Of a DNA stretch of 64,000 nt, positions 17,322-26,916 are shown piece after piece. Source of the stretch: Flavobacteriales bacterium (lineage in GTDB: Bacteria > Bacteroidota > Bacteroidia > Flavobacteriales > BACL11); the NCBI GenBank assembly GCA_002696275.1, contig NZRO01000051.1:63704-127703 (forward strand), given 5' to 3'. The notes under the pieces are model-generated. The model ran no database searches, was not told the origin of the DNA, and was given only the letters and a program-made list of their open reading frames with translations. The number at the start of each line of letters is the position of its first letter. Within the stretch, counting starts at the first letter, position 1. The translations under genes were made by a program, and so were the position numbers.

Positions 17322-19501
17322 TAGTTACCAATCTTAGAGATAAATTGTATTCTTGCAATTCTAAGTTCTTCATCAGAATATTCTTCTTCTGTAAATTCTT
17401 CTCTAGCTTCTTCTAATGAAAAGTTTACAGAATCTTTGAAAAAATCAAATAATTCTTCTTGTTCGTAGTCATCTATTATCTCGTCTAGCATATATTGTAA
17501 ATCTAGTTTAGTTCCAGACTCCACAATAGTTTCAATTTCTTTAATTAATTCATCAGAAGTTAATCCTATTGCTCTCGCAATATCTTCTATTGATAACTTC
17601 TTGTCTAAGCTTTGAATGATATTTACTTTATTTGAAGATTTTTTTACAATTGTTTTTATGACCATTTCAGAGGGACGCTCAATGTTATTTTCTTTTACGT
17701 ATTTGTCAATTAGAGTAATAAACTCATCTCCAAATTTTTTAGCTTTTCCTATTCCAACACCCTGTATTTGGGACATTTCTTCTAATGTTATAGGATAGTT
17801 GTTAGCCATGTCTAACAAAGAGGATTCCTGAAAAATGATTGCTGGAGGTAATGATTTTTCTTTAGCAATATTTTTTCTTAATTTCTTAAGCATATTAAAC
17901 AATATATCATCCATTGCAGATCCTTTTTGAATAGAAGATCCACTACTTGTTTTTTCATAATCATGATCTTCAGTTATCATAAAACTATGCGGATTTTTTA
18001 GAAAATCTTTTCCTGTTTCAGTTAATTTTATGGTTCCATAAGATTCTATTTCTTTTGTAATAATTTCTTTTACATAGGTTTGTCGAATAACAGCATGCCA
18101 AAATTCTACTCCCTTTTCTTTCCCTGATCCAAAAACTTCTGTAATATTCCCCAAGTGTTGATTTATTAGGCTATTAGTTTCTCCAACCATAATTTTTGCA
18201 AGTTCTTTAGCTTTGAATGTTTCCTTACTTATGTCAATTGCTTTTAATAATTTACTTACATATTCCTTACCTTCAAATGTAGGTTTAGGATTTCTACAAT
18301 TATCACACATATTATTGCAGTTCTCACTTTCAAAATCTTCCCCAAAATAATGCAGAAGATATTTCCTTCTACACATAGCCGTTTCTGCAAAAGAAATAGT
18401 CTCCATAATAAGTTGTCTTCCTATTTCTTGCTCACTAACTGGTTTGCCGCTCAAGAATTTCTCTAATTTTTCAATATCTTTATAACTATAAAATGTAACT
18501 AAAATTCCCTCTCCATCATCTCTTCCTGCTCTTCCAGTTTCTTGGTAATATCCCTCTAAGCTTTTTGGTATGTCGTGATGAATTACAAATCTAATATCAG
18601 GTTTGTCAATCCCCATTCCAAATGCAATTGTAGCAACAATAACATCACAATCATCCATGATAAAAGCATCTTGGTTCGCAACTCTTGTTTTTGCATCTAA
18701 ACCTGCGTGATATGGTAGTGCGTTTATCCCGTTTACCTGTAAAGTTTCTGATACCTCCTCTACTTTTTTTCTGCTTAAACAATAAACAATACCTGACTTA
18801 CCTGGATGTTGTCGTATAAATTTAATCATTTCTTTCTCAACATCATGTTTTGGTCTGATGTCGTAAAAAAGATTCTTTCTGTTAAAGGAATCTATAAATA
18901 AAGTAGCCTCTAAGATCTTTAAATTTTTTTGTATATCATAACGAACTTTAGGCGTTGCTGTAGCTGTTAAAGCAATTATAGGTCTTCTTCCAATATTATC
19001 TATAATTTCTCGAAGTCTTCTATATTCGGGCCTGAAATCATGTCCCCACTCAGATATACAATGAGCTTCATCAATTGCGAAAAATGAAATTTTAACAGAT
19101 CTTAGAAACTCTACATATTCTTCTTTAATTAAAGATTCTGGAGCTACATATAGTAGTTTTGTTTCTCTAGACTTAATATCATTCATAACAATATTAATCT
19201 GTGTTTTAGAAAGAGAAGAATTTAATACATGAGCAATACTTTCTTGTTCGTTAAAAGTTCTAATAGCGTCTACTTGGTTTTTCATTAAAGCAATCAGTGG
19301 AGAGATAACAATAGCAAGACCATCTGATAGAAGCGCAGGTAATTGATAACACATAGATTTGCCACCTCCAGTAGGCATGATTACCATTCCGTCTTTATCT
19401 TCTAATAAATTTTTTATAATTTGCTCTTGTCTACCTTTGAAACTGTTAAATCCAAAGATTTTTTTTAGATTTTTATGTAATGATTCAGAAGAAAAGCTCA
19501 T
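17321..19501 (-). CDS. recQ: ATP-dependent DNA helicase RecQ
   Basis: 726 aa. It has Walker A (PTGGGKS) and a DEAH box (FAIDEAHCISEWGHDFRPEY). A Zn-binding Cys cluster is present (CRRK...CNNMCDNC). It also has RQC and HRDC domains. Confidence 0.95.
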   Translation of the reverse strand: MSFSSESLHKNLKKIFGFNSFKGRQEQIIKNLLEDKDGMVIMPTGGGKSMCYQLPALLSDGLAIVISPLIALMKNQVDAIRTFNEQESIAHVLNSSLSKTQINIVMNDIKSRETKLLYVAPESLIKEEYVEFLRSVKISFFAIDEAHCISEWGHDFRPEYRRLREIIDNIGRRPIIALTATATPKVRYDIQKNLKILEATLFIDSFNRKNLFYDIRPKHDVEKEMIKFIRQHPGKSGIVYCLSRKKVEEVSETLQVNGINALPYHAGLDAKTRVANQDAFIMDDCDVIVATIAFGMGIDKPDIRFVIHHDIPKSLEGYYQETGRAGRDDGEGILVTFYSYKDIEKLEKFLSGKPVSEQEIGRQLIMETISFAETAMCRRKYLLHYFGEDFESENCNNMCDNCRNPKPTFEGKEYVSKLLKAIDISKETFKAKELAKIMVGETNSLINQHLGNITEVFGSGKEKGVEFWHAVIRQTYVKEIITKEIESYGTIKLTETGKDFLKNPHSFMITEDHDYEKTSSGSSIQKGSAMDDILFNMLKKLRKNIAKEKSLPPAIIFQESSLLDMANNYPITLEEMSQIQGVGIGKAKKFGDEFITLIDKYVKENNIERPSEMVIKTIVKKSSNKVNIIQSLDKKLSIEDIARAIGLTSDELIKEIETIVESGTKLDLQYMLDEIIDDYEQEELFDFFKDSVNFSLEEAREEFTEEEYSDEELRIARIQFISKIGN

Positions 19502-19529
19502 CTTTATTTATTAATACATCTAAATATTT

Positions 19530-19537
19530 TATTTTTG
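19530..19537 (+). promoter_or_regulatory. Bacteroidetes-type -7 promoter box (TATTTTTG) for kdsD-tatC-lptB
   Basis: Exact TAnnTTTG match, 36 nt upstream of the kdsD ATG. Confidence 0.35.
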
Positions 19538-19572
19538 TATAGAAATATCAAACGAATATACGCATAAATTTC

Positions 19573-20535
19573 ATGCCAAATAACAAAAAGATTTTAAAAA
19601 TTGCAAAATCTGTAATATCTACAGAGTTAGAAGCTATCTCTCAATTAGAGAGCAAATTAAGCAATAGTTTTTCAGAGGCAGTACAGATAATTTTAAAATC
19701 AAAAGGAAGAGTAATTGTAGCGGGTGTTGGCAAAAGTGCAAATATTGCTAATAAGATAGTTGCAACATTAAATTCTACAGGACAACCATCTGTTTTTTTA
19801 CATGCGGCAGATGCTTTACATGGAGATTTAGGAAATATTCAAGAAAATGATGTTGTAATTTGTATTTCAAAGAGTGGAAATACCGAAGAATTAATATCTT
19901 TAATTCGCTTGATAAAAAACCTAGGAAATAAAATTATTTCTATTTGTGGTAATAAAAATTCTTTTTTATATAATAATTCTGATTTTTTTATTGATAGCAC
20001 TGTAGATAAAGAAGCCTGTCCTAATAATCTTGCGCCAACTAGTTCTACTACAGCACAACTTGTTTTAGGTGATGCTTTGGCAGTCTCACTTTTAGAATTA
20101 AGAAATTTCACAGATACTGATTTTGCTCGATATCATCCTGGAGGGTCGTTAGGTAAAAGTATGTATCTGAAAGTGTCAGATATTATTTCAGAGGATTCAT
20201 TAGCAAAAGTATTAGTATCAGATTCAATCCAAAAAGTAATTATTGAAATTTCAAATAAAAGAGTAGGAGCAACCTCTGTGTTTGATAACGATAAACTTGT
20301 AGGAATTATAACAGATGGTGATTTAAGAAGAATGTTAGAAAAGAATACGGATTTTATTTCAATACATGCCTCTGATATTATGTGTTCTAATCCAAAAACA
20401 ATATCATCAGATTTACTAGCAAAAGAAGCTTTAAATATTATGGAAAAAAATAATATTAGTCAGTTGTTAGTTTTAGATAGAGATAATTATTTAGGAATAA
20501 TTCATATTCATGATATTTTAAAAGAAGGTATTTAA
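19573..20535 (+). CDS. kdsD: Arabinose-5-phosphate isomerase (KpsF/GutQ/KdsD family; SIS + CBS pair)
   Basis: 320 aa. The SIS motif GVGKSANIANKIVATLNSTG is followed by a C-terminal CBS pair. Confidence 0.85.
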   Translation: MPNNKKILKIAKSVISTELEAISQLESKLSNSFSEAVQIILKSKGRVIVAGVGKSANIANKIVATLNSTGQPSVFLHAADALHGDLGNIQENDVVICISKSGNTEELISLIRLIKNLGNKIISICGNKNSFLYNNSDFFIDSTVDKEACPNNLAPTSSTTAQLVLGDALAVSLLELRNFTDTDFARYHPGGSLGKSMYLKVSDIISEDSLAKVLVSDSIQKVIIEISNKRVGATSVFDNDKLVGIITDGDLRRMLEKNTDFISIHASDIMCSNPKTISSDLLAKEALNIMEKNNISQLLVLDRDNYLGIIHIHDILKEGI

Positions 20536-21347
20536 TGGAGAAAACAGAGAAAGAAATGTCCTTTTTAGAACATTTAGAGGTCTTGAGATGGCATCTAGTT
20601 AGAGCCTTTTCATCTGTTCTGATATTTGCAATCTTAGCTTTTGTTTATAAAGACTTTGTTTTCGATGAGGTACTTCTCGCTCCAAAAAACCCAGATTTTG
20701 CTACATATCGATTTTTCTGTAATTTATCTGAATGGATGGGATTGGGTGACTTGTTGTGTTTTGGAGATCACAAATGGAATCTTCATAGTTTTACAATGTC
20801 TGGTCAGTTCTCTGCTCATATAATAGTTTCTCTATTTTTTGGGCTAGTAATTGCATTTCCTTATGTGTTTTGGGAGTTGTGGAGATTTATTAAACCCGCT
20901 CTTTATACTAAAGAAACAAAAATAGCTAGAGGAGTTGTCTTTTTTACTTCCATTTTATTTACTGTAGGAGTATTGTTTGGATATTATTTAGTAGCGCCGT
21001 TGTCTGTTAATTTCTTAGGTTCCTATCAAGTAAGTTCTTATGTTTCTAATTCAATTGGTTTAAGTTCATTTATTTCTACAGTAACAACTATAAGTTTTGC
21101 AAATGGTTTAATCTTTGAATTACCAATGCTTGTATATTTTCTTACTAAAATAGGTTTGTTGACCCCTGAATTTATGAGAAAGTATAGGAAACATGCTATT
21201 GTACTTACTCTAATTTTATCCGCAATTATTACTCCACCAGATGTTACTAGTCAGATTTTAGTTTCGCTTCCTCTATTAGTTCTTTATGAAATTAGTATTA
21301 ACATATCAAAAAAAGTTTTAAAAAATCAAGAAAAAAATGAAGCTTAA
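20535..21347 (+). CDS. tatC: Twin-arginine translocase subunit TatC
   Basis: 270 aa with 6 TM segments. The N-terminus reads [16 protein letters not shown], and PALY and PPD-type motifs are present. Confidence 0.9.
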   Translation: MEKTEKEMSFLEHLEVLRWHLVRAFSSVLIFAILAFVYKDFVFDEVLLAPKNPDFATYRFFCNLSEWMGLGDLLCFGDHKWNLHSFTMSGQFSAHIIVSLFFGLVIAFPYVFWELWRFIKPALYTKETKIARGVVFFTSILFTVGVLFGYYLVAPLSVNFLGSYQVSSYVSNSIGLSSFISTVTTISFANGLIFELPMLVYFLTKIGLLTPEFMRKYRKHAIVLTLILSAIITPPDVTSQILVSLPLLVLYEISINISKKVLKNQEKNEA

Positions 21348-22059
21348 ATCAGAGAATATTGTAAAAATATATGCAGAAAGAAAAGTTGTTAAGGGTATTT
21401 CATTAGAAGTTAAAAAAGGAGAAATTGTTGGTTTACTAGGTCCAAATGGCGCGGGTAAAACTACATCTTTTTATATGATTGTAGGTTTGATAAAACCCAA
21501 TGAAGGTAAAGTGTTTTTAGATGATAAGGATATTTCTACTATGCCAATGTATAAAAGAGCTCAGTTAGGTATAGGATATTTAGCACAAGAAGCTTCTATA
21601 TTTAGAAGGATGACAGTAGAAGATAATTTACTTTCTGTATTGGAGATGACAAATTTATCTATAGAAGAGCAAAAACACAAATGTGAAGAGTTGTTATCAG
21701 AATTTGGATTGCAAAATATTAGAAAAAATATAGGAGCTTTGTTGTCAGGAGGAGAAAGAAGAAGAACAGAAATAGCAAGATGTCTAGCGACGGAGCCTTC
21801 TTTTATATTATTAGATGAACCATTTGCCGGTGTTGACCCTATAGCGGTAGAAGATATACAGCAAATTGTATCTGACTTGAGAAAACGAGATATTGGCATT
21901 CTTATTACTGATCATAATGTTCATGAAACCTTGTCTATAACGGATAGGTCATACCTGCTTTATGAGGGTAAGATTCTAAAATCAGGGACATCAGAAGAGC
22001 TTGTTTCTGATGAATTAGTTAGAAAATTATATCTAGGAAAAAATTTTGAATTGAGATAG
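21337..22059 (+). CDS. lptB: LPS export ABC transporter ATPase LptB
   Basis: 240 aa. It has Walker A (GPNGAGKTT), the ABC signature (LSGGERRR) and Walker B (ILLDEP). The kdsD neighbourhood supports the call. Confidence 0.85.
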   Translation: MKLKSENIVKIYAERKVVKGISLEVKKGEIVGLLGPNGAGKTTSFYMIVGLIKPNEGKVFLDDKDISTMPMYKRAQLGIGYLAQEASIFRRMTVEDNLLSVLEMTNLSIEEQKHKCEELLSEFGLQNIRKNIGALLSGGERRRTEIARCLATEPSFILLDEPFAGVDPIAVEDIQQIVSDLRKRDIGILITDHNVHETLSITDRSYLLYEGKILKSGTSEELVSDELVRKLYLGKNFELR

Positions 22060-22060
22060 T

Positions 22061-22312
22061 CTATATCTCTGATAGAATAAATTCATATCCTTCCATAATC
22101 TGATTGGCAAGTAATTTAGTACAAGCTTCAGTTACTTTTTCGCGTGCTATTTCTTTATTTTCTGCATCAATTTCAAGTGTAATATGTTTTCCTATTCTTA
22201 CATTAGTAATTTCAGAAAGCCCTATATTTCCCATGCTTGCACTCACGGCTTTACCTTGAGGGTCTAATAAATTTTTTAATGGCATGATGTTGATTTCGGC
22301 TCTAAATTTCAT
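22061..22312 (-). CDS. purS: Phosphoribosylformylglycinamidine synthase subunit PurS
   Basis: 83 aa. The sequence ...IMPLKNLLDPQGKAV... is typical of PurS. Confidence 0.75.
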   Translation of the reverse strand: MKFRAEINIMPLKNLLDPQGKAVSASMGNIGLSEITNVRIGKHITLEIDAENKEIAREKVTEACTKLLANQIMEGYEFILSEI

Positions 22313-23019
22313 TTTAGTAGATTATTTAAGATTGATAAAAAGATGTACAAAATTACAATAAATGGAATTGCTGCAATATGAAATATGAATAATAAAATTA
22401 TAGATTTTATTAAAAATAGTAATCTAATAATATTTTTAGTTGATTTTAATTTTTCTTCACTTTTAATCTTAATAGAAAATAGTGGTAATTCTGCAACAAG
22501 TAATAAAGATAATATTATTGTAATAGCTAGTAGTATTTCTAATGAAATTTCAGTATTGTACTTGTTGACAATTATTGGTAAAGATGCAATAAATATAGCC
22601 ACAGCTGGAGTTGGGAGCCCAATAAATGAAGATGTTTGTCTAGTATCTATATTAAATTTTGCTAAGCGAATTGATGAAAAAATGGGTAATAAAAAAGCAA
22701 TATAAGATATCTCAAAAAAAATCTCAAAATTAGATATATGATTTAAAGGTTGTAATAGTATTAGATGATACATTATAATTCCTGGAGCAAGACCAAAAGT
22801 TATCATATCTGCTAAACTATCTAATTGCTTTCCAATTTCTGAATATACATTAAGCAGTCTTGCTAAGAATCCATCTAAGAAATCCAAAAAAGATCCCGCA
22901 AAAATAAATAGTCCAGAATATATTAATTTTCCTTTAAATGCCATAGTTATAGCTAAGATGCCGCAAACAAGATTTGATAATGTAATAAGGTTAGGAATAT
23001 TTCTCTTAATTGCGTTCAT
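22309..23019 (-). CDS. pssA: CDP-alcohol phosphatidyltransferase (phosphatidylserine synthase-like)
   Basis: 236 aa membrane protein. The CDP-OH_P_transf motif is DFLDGFLARLLNVYSEIGKQLDSLADMITF (D-G-x2-A-R-x8-G-x3-D-x3-D). Confidence 0.8.
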   Translation of the reverse strand: MNAIKRNIPNLITLSNLVCGILAITMAFKGKLIYSGLFIFAGSFLDFLDGFLARLLNVYSEIGKQLDSLADMITFGLAPGIIMYHLILLQPLNHISNFEIFFEISYIAFLLPIFSSIRLAKFNIDTRQTSSFIGLPTPAVAIFIASLPIIVNKYNTEISLEILLAITIILSLLLVAELPLFSIKIKSEEKLKSTKNIIRLLFLIKSIILLFIFHIAAIPFIVILYIFLSILNNLLK

Positions 23020-23074
23020 AAATTTGCAATAATGTGCTATTTTTTATGTTATTTTGAAATACAAATATACAACA

Positions 23075-24127
23075 ATGTATAACAAACCTAAATATCTGTT
23101 TTTCTTTTTTACGTTTCTCACTTTTTCAGCATTTACTCAGAAATATAGTAATGAGTTCTTGCAAATTGGAGCAGGAGCAAGATCTCTATCTTTGTCAAAA
23201 GCTGTAGTAGCTTCGACAGTAAATTCTTCATCAGTTTATTGGAATCCTTCCTCTTTGGTTGATTTAAGTAATTCTGAGATAGAGTTAATGCATGCTTCTT
23301 ATTTTGCTGGAATAGCAAATTTTGATCAAATTTCTTATGCTCAAAAAGTTAATGAATCAGATGCTGTCGGTTTTATGATGTTGAGGTTTGGAGTGGATGA
23401 TATAATGAATACTGCTAATTTGATAGATAACGAAGGAAATGTAGATTATAATAGAATTGAATTATTTTCTACAGCTGATTATGCATTTTTATTTTCTTAT
23501 GCAAAAAAAGATTTTTTTAAAGGTTTTGATGTTGGAGGAAATACAAAGATTATTTATAGACAAATAGGTAGTTTTGCAAAATCATGGGGTTTTGGATTTG
23601 ATATATCTACTCAAAAAGAATTAGGTAGATGGAAGATTGCGGCAATTGTGAGGGACGCTACTTCAACTTATAATTCATGGGTATTTAATATGGAACAGTT
23701 TGAAGAGATCTATAATCAGACTGAAAATGAACTTCCAGAGAACTCGACAGAGTTAACTTTACCTTCTGTTCAAACAGGAATAGCTAGAGTTTTTAAGATA
23801 AATAATAATTTTTCAACTCTTTCCGAATTGGATTTAGAGTTTCACATAGATGGTAAAAGAAATACTTTGATAAGATCTAATGTTTTAAGTATTAATCCAA
23901 ATTTTGGAACCGAAATTAAATATAAAAATTTAATTGATTTTAGATTTGGAATAGGAGATATTTCCAGAGAAAAAAATTTTGACAATACAGAATTTATATC
24001 TCTACAACCAAATATAGGACTTGGGTTTCATTTTGAAAACATAAGAATTGACTATGCTTTAACTAATTTAGGAAATCAATCTACAGGTCTTTATTCAAAT
24101 TTATTTTCACTTAGATATAGTTTATAA
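23075..24127 (+). CDS. PorV/PorQ-family outer-membrane beta-barrel (T9SS-associated, FadL-like)
   Basis: 350 aa from the ATG at 23075; the ORF-track start at 23054 is TTG. After the signal peptide comes FLQIGAGARSLSLSKAVVASTVNSSSVYWNPSSL, the family's hallmark F-L-x-I-x-x-x-A-R...NPA/S-x-L N-terminus. The C-terminal strand ends in an aromatic residue. Confidence 0.55.
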   Translation: MYNKPKYLFFFFTFLTFSAFTQKYSNEFLQIGAGARSLSLSKAVVASTVNSSSVYWNPSSLVDLSNSEIELMHASYFAGIANFDQISYAQKVNESDAVGFMMLRFGVDDIMNTANLIDNEGNVDYNRIELFSTADYAFLFSYAKKDFFKGFDVGGNTKIIYRQIGSFAKSWGFGFDISTQKELGRWKIAAIVRDATSTYNSWVFNMEQFEEIYNQTENELPENSTELTLPSVQTGIARVFKINNNFSTLSELDLEFHIDGKRNTLIRSNVLSINPNFGTEIKYKNLIDFRFGIGDISREKNFDNTEFISLQPNIGLGFHFENIRIDYALTNLGNQSTGLYSNLFSLRYSL

Positions 24128-25680
24128 TGAATAAATTAATTTTATCTATTATCAGTGGATTATTACTTGCTTTCTCTTGGGTGGAAACAGGATTTTTTCC
24201 ATTGGTGTTTTTTGCTTTTGTTCCCTTGTTAATTTTAGAAAAAAATCTTTCACTAAAAAGAAAGAACAGTTCATTATATATGTTTGGTTATTCATTTTTG
24301 AGTTTCTTTTTATTTAATGTAATCACAACTTACTGGATTTGGAATGCTACAATAGTTGGAGCATTTACTGCTTTTATTATCAATGCGATACTTATGAGTT
24401 TGGTGATGGTATTATTTCATAATGTGAGATGTGTTTTGGGAAATAAGAAAGGATATTTATTCTTAGTTTTCTTATGGATAAGTATGGAGTACCTACATTT
24501 GAATTGGGAGTTGGCATGGCCATGGTTAACATTAGGAAATGTGTTTGCTTCTTGTCCAAATTTAGTGCAATGGTATGAGTACACAGGGGTTTTGGGTGGT
24601 TCACTTTGGATTCTTATTATTAATTTGCTCTTGTACAGACTTTTAGTTTCAAAACACATGAAAGATATTTTAATTCCGTGTGTAGTCTTCTTAATACCTA
24701 TTGCTATTTCTCAAATAATAAAATTGAGTATAGAAAAAAATCCACAAATACATGAAGAGGTTGTAATAGTACAGCCAAATGTAGATCCTTACACGGATAA
24801 ATTTAATAGAGACGCACAACAGCAGTTAGATGATTTTATAAAAATATCAAGAACAAAAATAACTCCTAAAACTAATTTATTAGTAGGACCTGAAACTACT
24901 TTACAAGAAATAATTTGGGAGAATAAAATTACAAATACTGAAAGTATTAAAAAATTAAGAAATTTACAGAAAGATTTTCCTAATCTTAATATTATTATAG
25001 GGTCCACTACATTTAAATATTTGGGAGGTATGAAAGAAACAAACTCAAGAAAGTTGAGAGATAATACCTGGTACAATGTCTATAATACAGCAATATTTTT
25101 AACTTCTGATTCTGCTATTTCACTTTATCATAAAACTAAATTAGTTCCAGGTGTAGAACAAATACCATATTCATTTATCTTGAATAAAATAGGCGATTTT
25201 ACAGTTGATTTAGGAGGGGCTTCAGGAAGTCTCTCTGTAGATAATTCTATAGATAGATTTGAATATAAAGAATTAAAAATTCTCCCTTTAATATGTTACG
25301 AAAGTATATTTGGTGATATTATTACCTCTAGAGAATCAAATGTCATAGTAATTATCACAAATGATGGCTGGTGGAAGAATACTTCAGGATATAAACAACA
25401 TTTTCAGTATGCTAGATTGAGAGCTATAGAACAAAGAAAGACTATTATTCGCTCCGCTAACACTGGAATATCAGCTGTTATATCTCCAAGTGGAAAAATT
25501 GAACTACAAACAAATTGGGATGAAGAGATTGCGACAAACTCTCTTGTTTCAATTAATGATACAATTACCTTTTACAATAAATTTGGAGATTTTATTGGAA
25601 GAATATTTTCTTTTGTTTCACTTTTATTATTATTTACCGCGATTGTAAAAAACAAAACAAAAAAAATACCAACTAGCTAG
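24127..25680 (+). CDS. lnt: Apolipoprotein N-acyltransferase
   Basis: 517 aa. It has an N-terminal polytopic domain and a C-terminal nitrilase-fold domain with the catalytic Cys in LICYESIF. It shares a TAATG 1-nt overlap with the upstream barrel gene. Confidence 0.85.
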   Translation: MNKLILSIISGLLLAFSWVETGFFPLVFFAFVPLLILEKNLSLKRKNSSLYMFGYSFLSFFLFNVITTYWIWNATIVGAFTAFIINAILMSLVMVLFHNVRCVLGNKKGYLFLVFLWISMEYLHLNWELAWPWLTLGNVFASCPNLVQWYEYTGVLGGSLWILIINLLLYRLLVSKHMKDILIPCVVFLIPIAISQIIKLSIEKNPQIHEEVVIVQPNVDPYTDKFNRDAQQQLDDFIKISRTKITPKTNLLVGPETTLQEIIWENKITNTESIKKLRNLQKDFPNLNIIIGSTTFKYLGGMKETNSRKLRDNTWYNVYNTAIFLTSDSAISLYHKTKLVPGVEQIPYSFILNKIGDFTVDLGGASGSLSVDNSIDRFEYKELKILPLICYESIFGDIITSRESNVIVIITNDGWWKNTSGYKQHFQYARLRAIEQRKTIIRSANTGISAVISPSGKIELQTNWDEEIATNSLVSINDTITFYNKFGDFIGRIFSFVSLLLLFTAIVKNKTKKIPTS

Positions 25681-25691
25681 TTGGTATTTTT
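25662..25691. terminator. Bidirectional intrinsic terminator (30-nt perfect palindrome) between lnt and the convergent small gene
   Basis: The sequence is aaaaataccaactag|ctagttggtattttt: an A-tract, a GC-containing stem and a T-tract. It contains the lnt TAG stop codon. Confidence 0.55.
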
Positions 25692-25708
25692 AAAAGATTA
25701 AAACTTTT

Positions 25709-26008
25709 TCATTCCTCTGAATTTTCATTCTCTTCAATAGCACCAGAATCAATTTCAATTCCTTCACTAATTAAATTACCTTGAACTTCATCTAATAAGG
25801 AATCTATATTTGATGTAGAATCAGTGGATACAACTACAGTTTCATCAATCTCTTCAGTATTCGATTTACATTCAGGAGACTTTTCCTCTGTAGAACATTT
25901 TGGTTCCTTATTTGTGTCACATTTATTCTCACAAGATTTTATATAGAATTGATATCCTAAAAACAAGATAATTAATAAAGTTGTAACAATGTTTAATACA
26001 GTTTTCAT
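25709..26008 (-). CDS. Small membrane-anchored or lipid-anchored Cys-containing acidic protein, function unknown
   Basis: 99 aa. An N-terminal hydrophobic helix is followed by SCENKCDTNKEPKCSTEEKSPEC and an acidic tail. Confidence 0.4.
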   Translation of the reverse strand: MKTVLNIVTTLLIILFLGYQFYIKSCENKCDTNKEPKCSTEEKSPECKSNTEEIDETVVVSTDSTSNIDSLLDEVQGNLISEGIEIDSGAIEENENSEE

Positions 26009-26052
26009 AATTTATAGGTATTGGTAATTTGTGCTAATATATACAAATTATT

Positions 26053-26859
26053 TTATTTCAATGATTTGGGAATTTTACAAACTGGAATTTGATTCATTTT
26101 ATGTTGGTTTTTTCTGTTTAAAGTTTTATATATTGTTAATACTTCTTTTTCCCGTTTAGAAATAGATTTTATATCTCCATTAAATCTCATTGCCCATTCT
26201 AGTTCAGGATACGTAGCTCCTAACTGATCTTCATCAGTTTTGTCATCCCCCCATAATCCATCAGTAGGATTAGCTTCTAATATTTCTGGGTCAATTTCTA
26301 AATGTCTAGAGAGAGAATAAACCTCTGTTTTCAGTAAATCAGCAATTGGACTTATGTCCACTCCGCCATCTCCATATTTTGTAAAAAACCCTACGCCAAA
26401 ATCTTCAACTTTGTTTCCAGTTCCTAATACTAAGTAATTGTTTAACTGAGCGTAGTAATATAAGGATGTCATTCTTAATCGTGCTCTTACATTTACTAGA
26501 CATAACTCATTTTTCTCGCTGTGTTTTTCTAGCAGCTTTGATGTGAAATTATCAAAAACATTGGTGAGATCTAATTCAACTGATTGTACATTTTTATATT
26601 TTTCTTTCAACCAATTAATATGTTTTCTGGCTCTGTTTCTTTGATCCTTATTTTGGTGAATAGGCATCTCAATACATAAAGTGCTTTTCCCGCTAAGTGC
26701 AGATAAAGTAGAGGTTAAGGCTGAATCAATTCCTCCAGAGATTCCTATAACGAATCCATTCGTTCCAGACTTTTCAGAGTATTCCTGAATCCAATTTTTA
26801 ATATGATTTATTACTTTCTCTTCTTTCATTTTATAATTTACAAATTTATACATTTGCAC
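26053..26859 (-). CDS. nadE: NH3-dependent NAD+ synthetase
   Basis: 268 aa with the PP-loop GISGGIDSA. The nadE/gldB neighbourhood matches what I recall for F. johnsoniae. Confidence 0.9.
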   Translation of the reverse strand: MQMYKFVNYKMKEEKVINHIKNWIQEYSEKSGTNGFVIGISGGIDSALTSTLSALSGKSTLCIEMPIHQNKDQRNRARKHINWLKEKYKNVQSVELDLTNVFDNFTSKLLEKHSEKNELCLVNVRARLRMTSLYYYAQLNNYLVLGTGNKVEDFGVGFFTKYGDGGVDISPIADLLKTEVYSLSRHLEIDPEILEANPTDGLWGDDKTDEDQLGATYPELEWAMRFNGDIKSISKREKEVLTIYKTLNRKNQHKMNQIPVCKIPKSLK

Positions 26860-26916
26860 TAATGAAAATTATAAAAATACTATTATTATTTTTATTTCCT
26901 AAATTTTGTGTTTATC

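Noticed and set aside
22053-22069. A hairpin, gagata-gtcta-tatctc, spanning the convergent stop codons of lptB and purS.
   Set aside because: It has only a 6-bp AT-rich stem and no flanking T/A tracts. That is too weak to call a terminator with any confidence.
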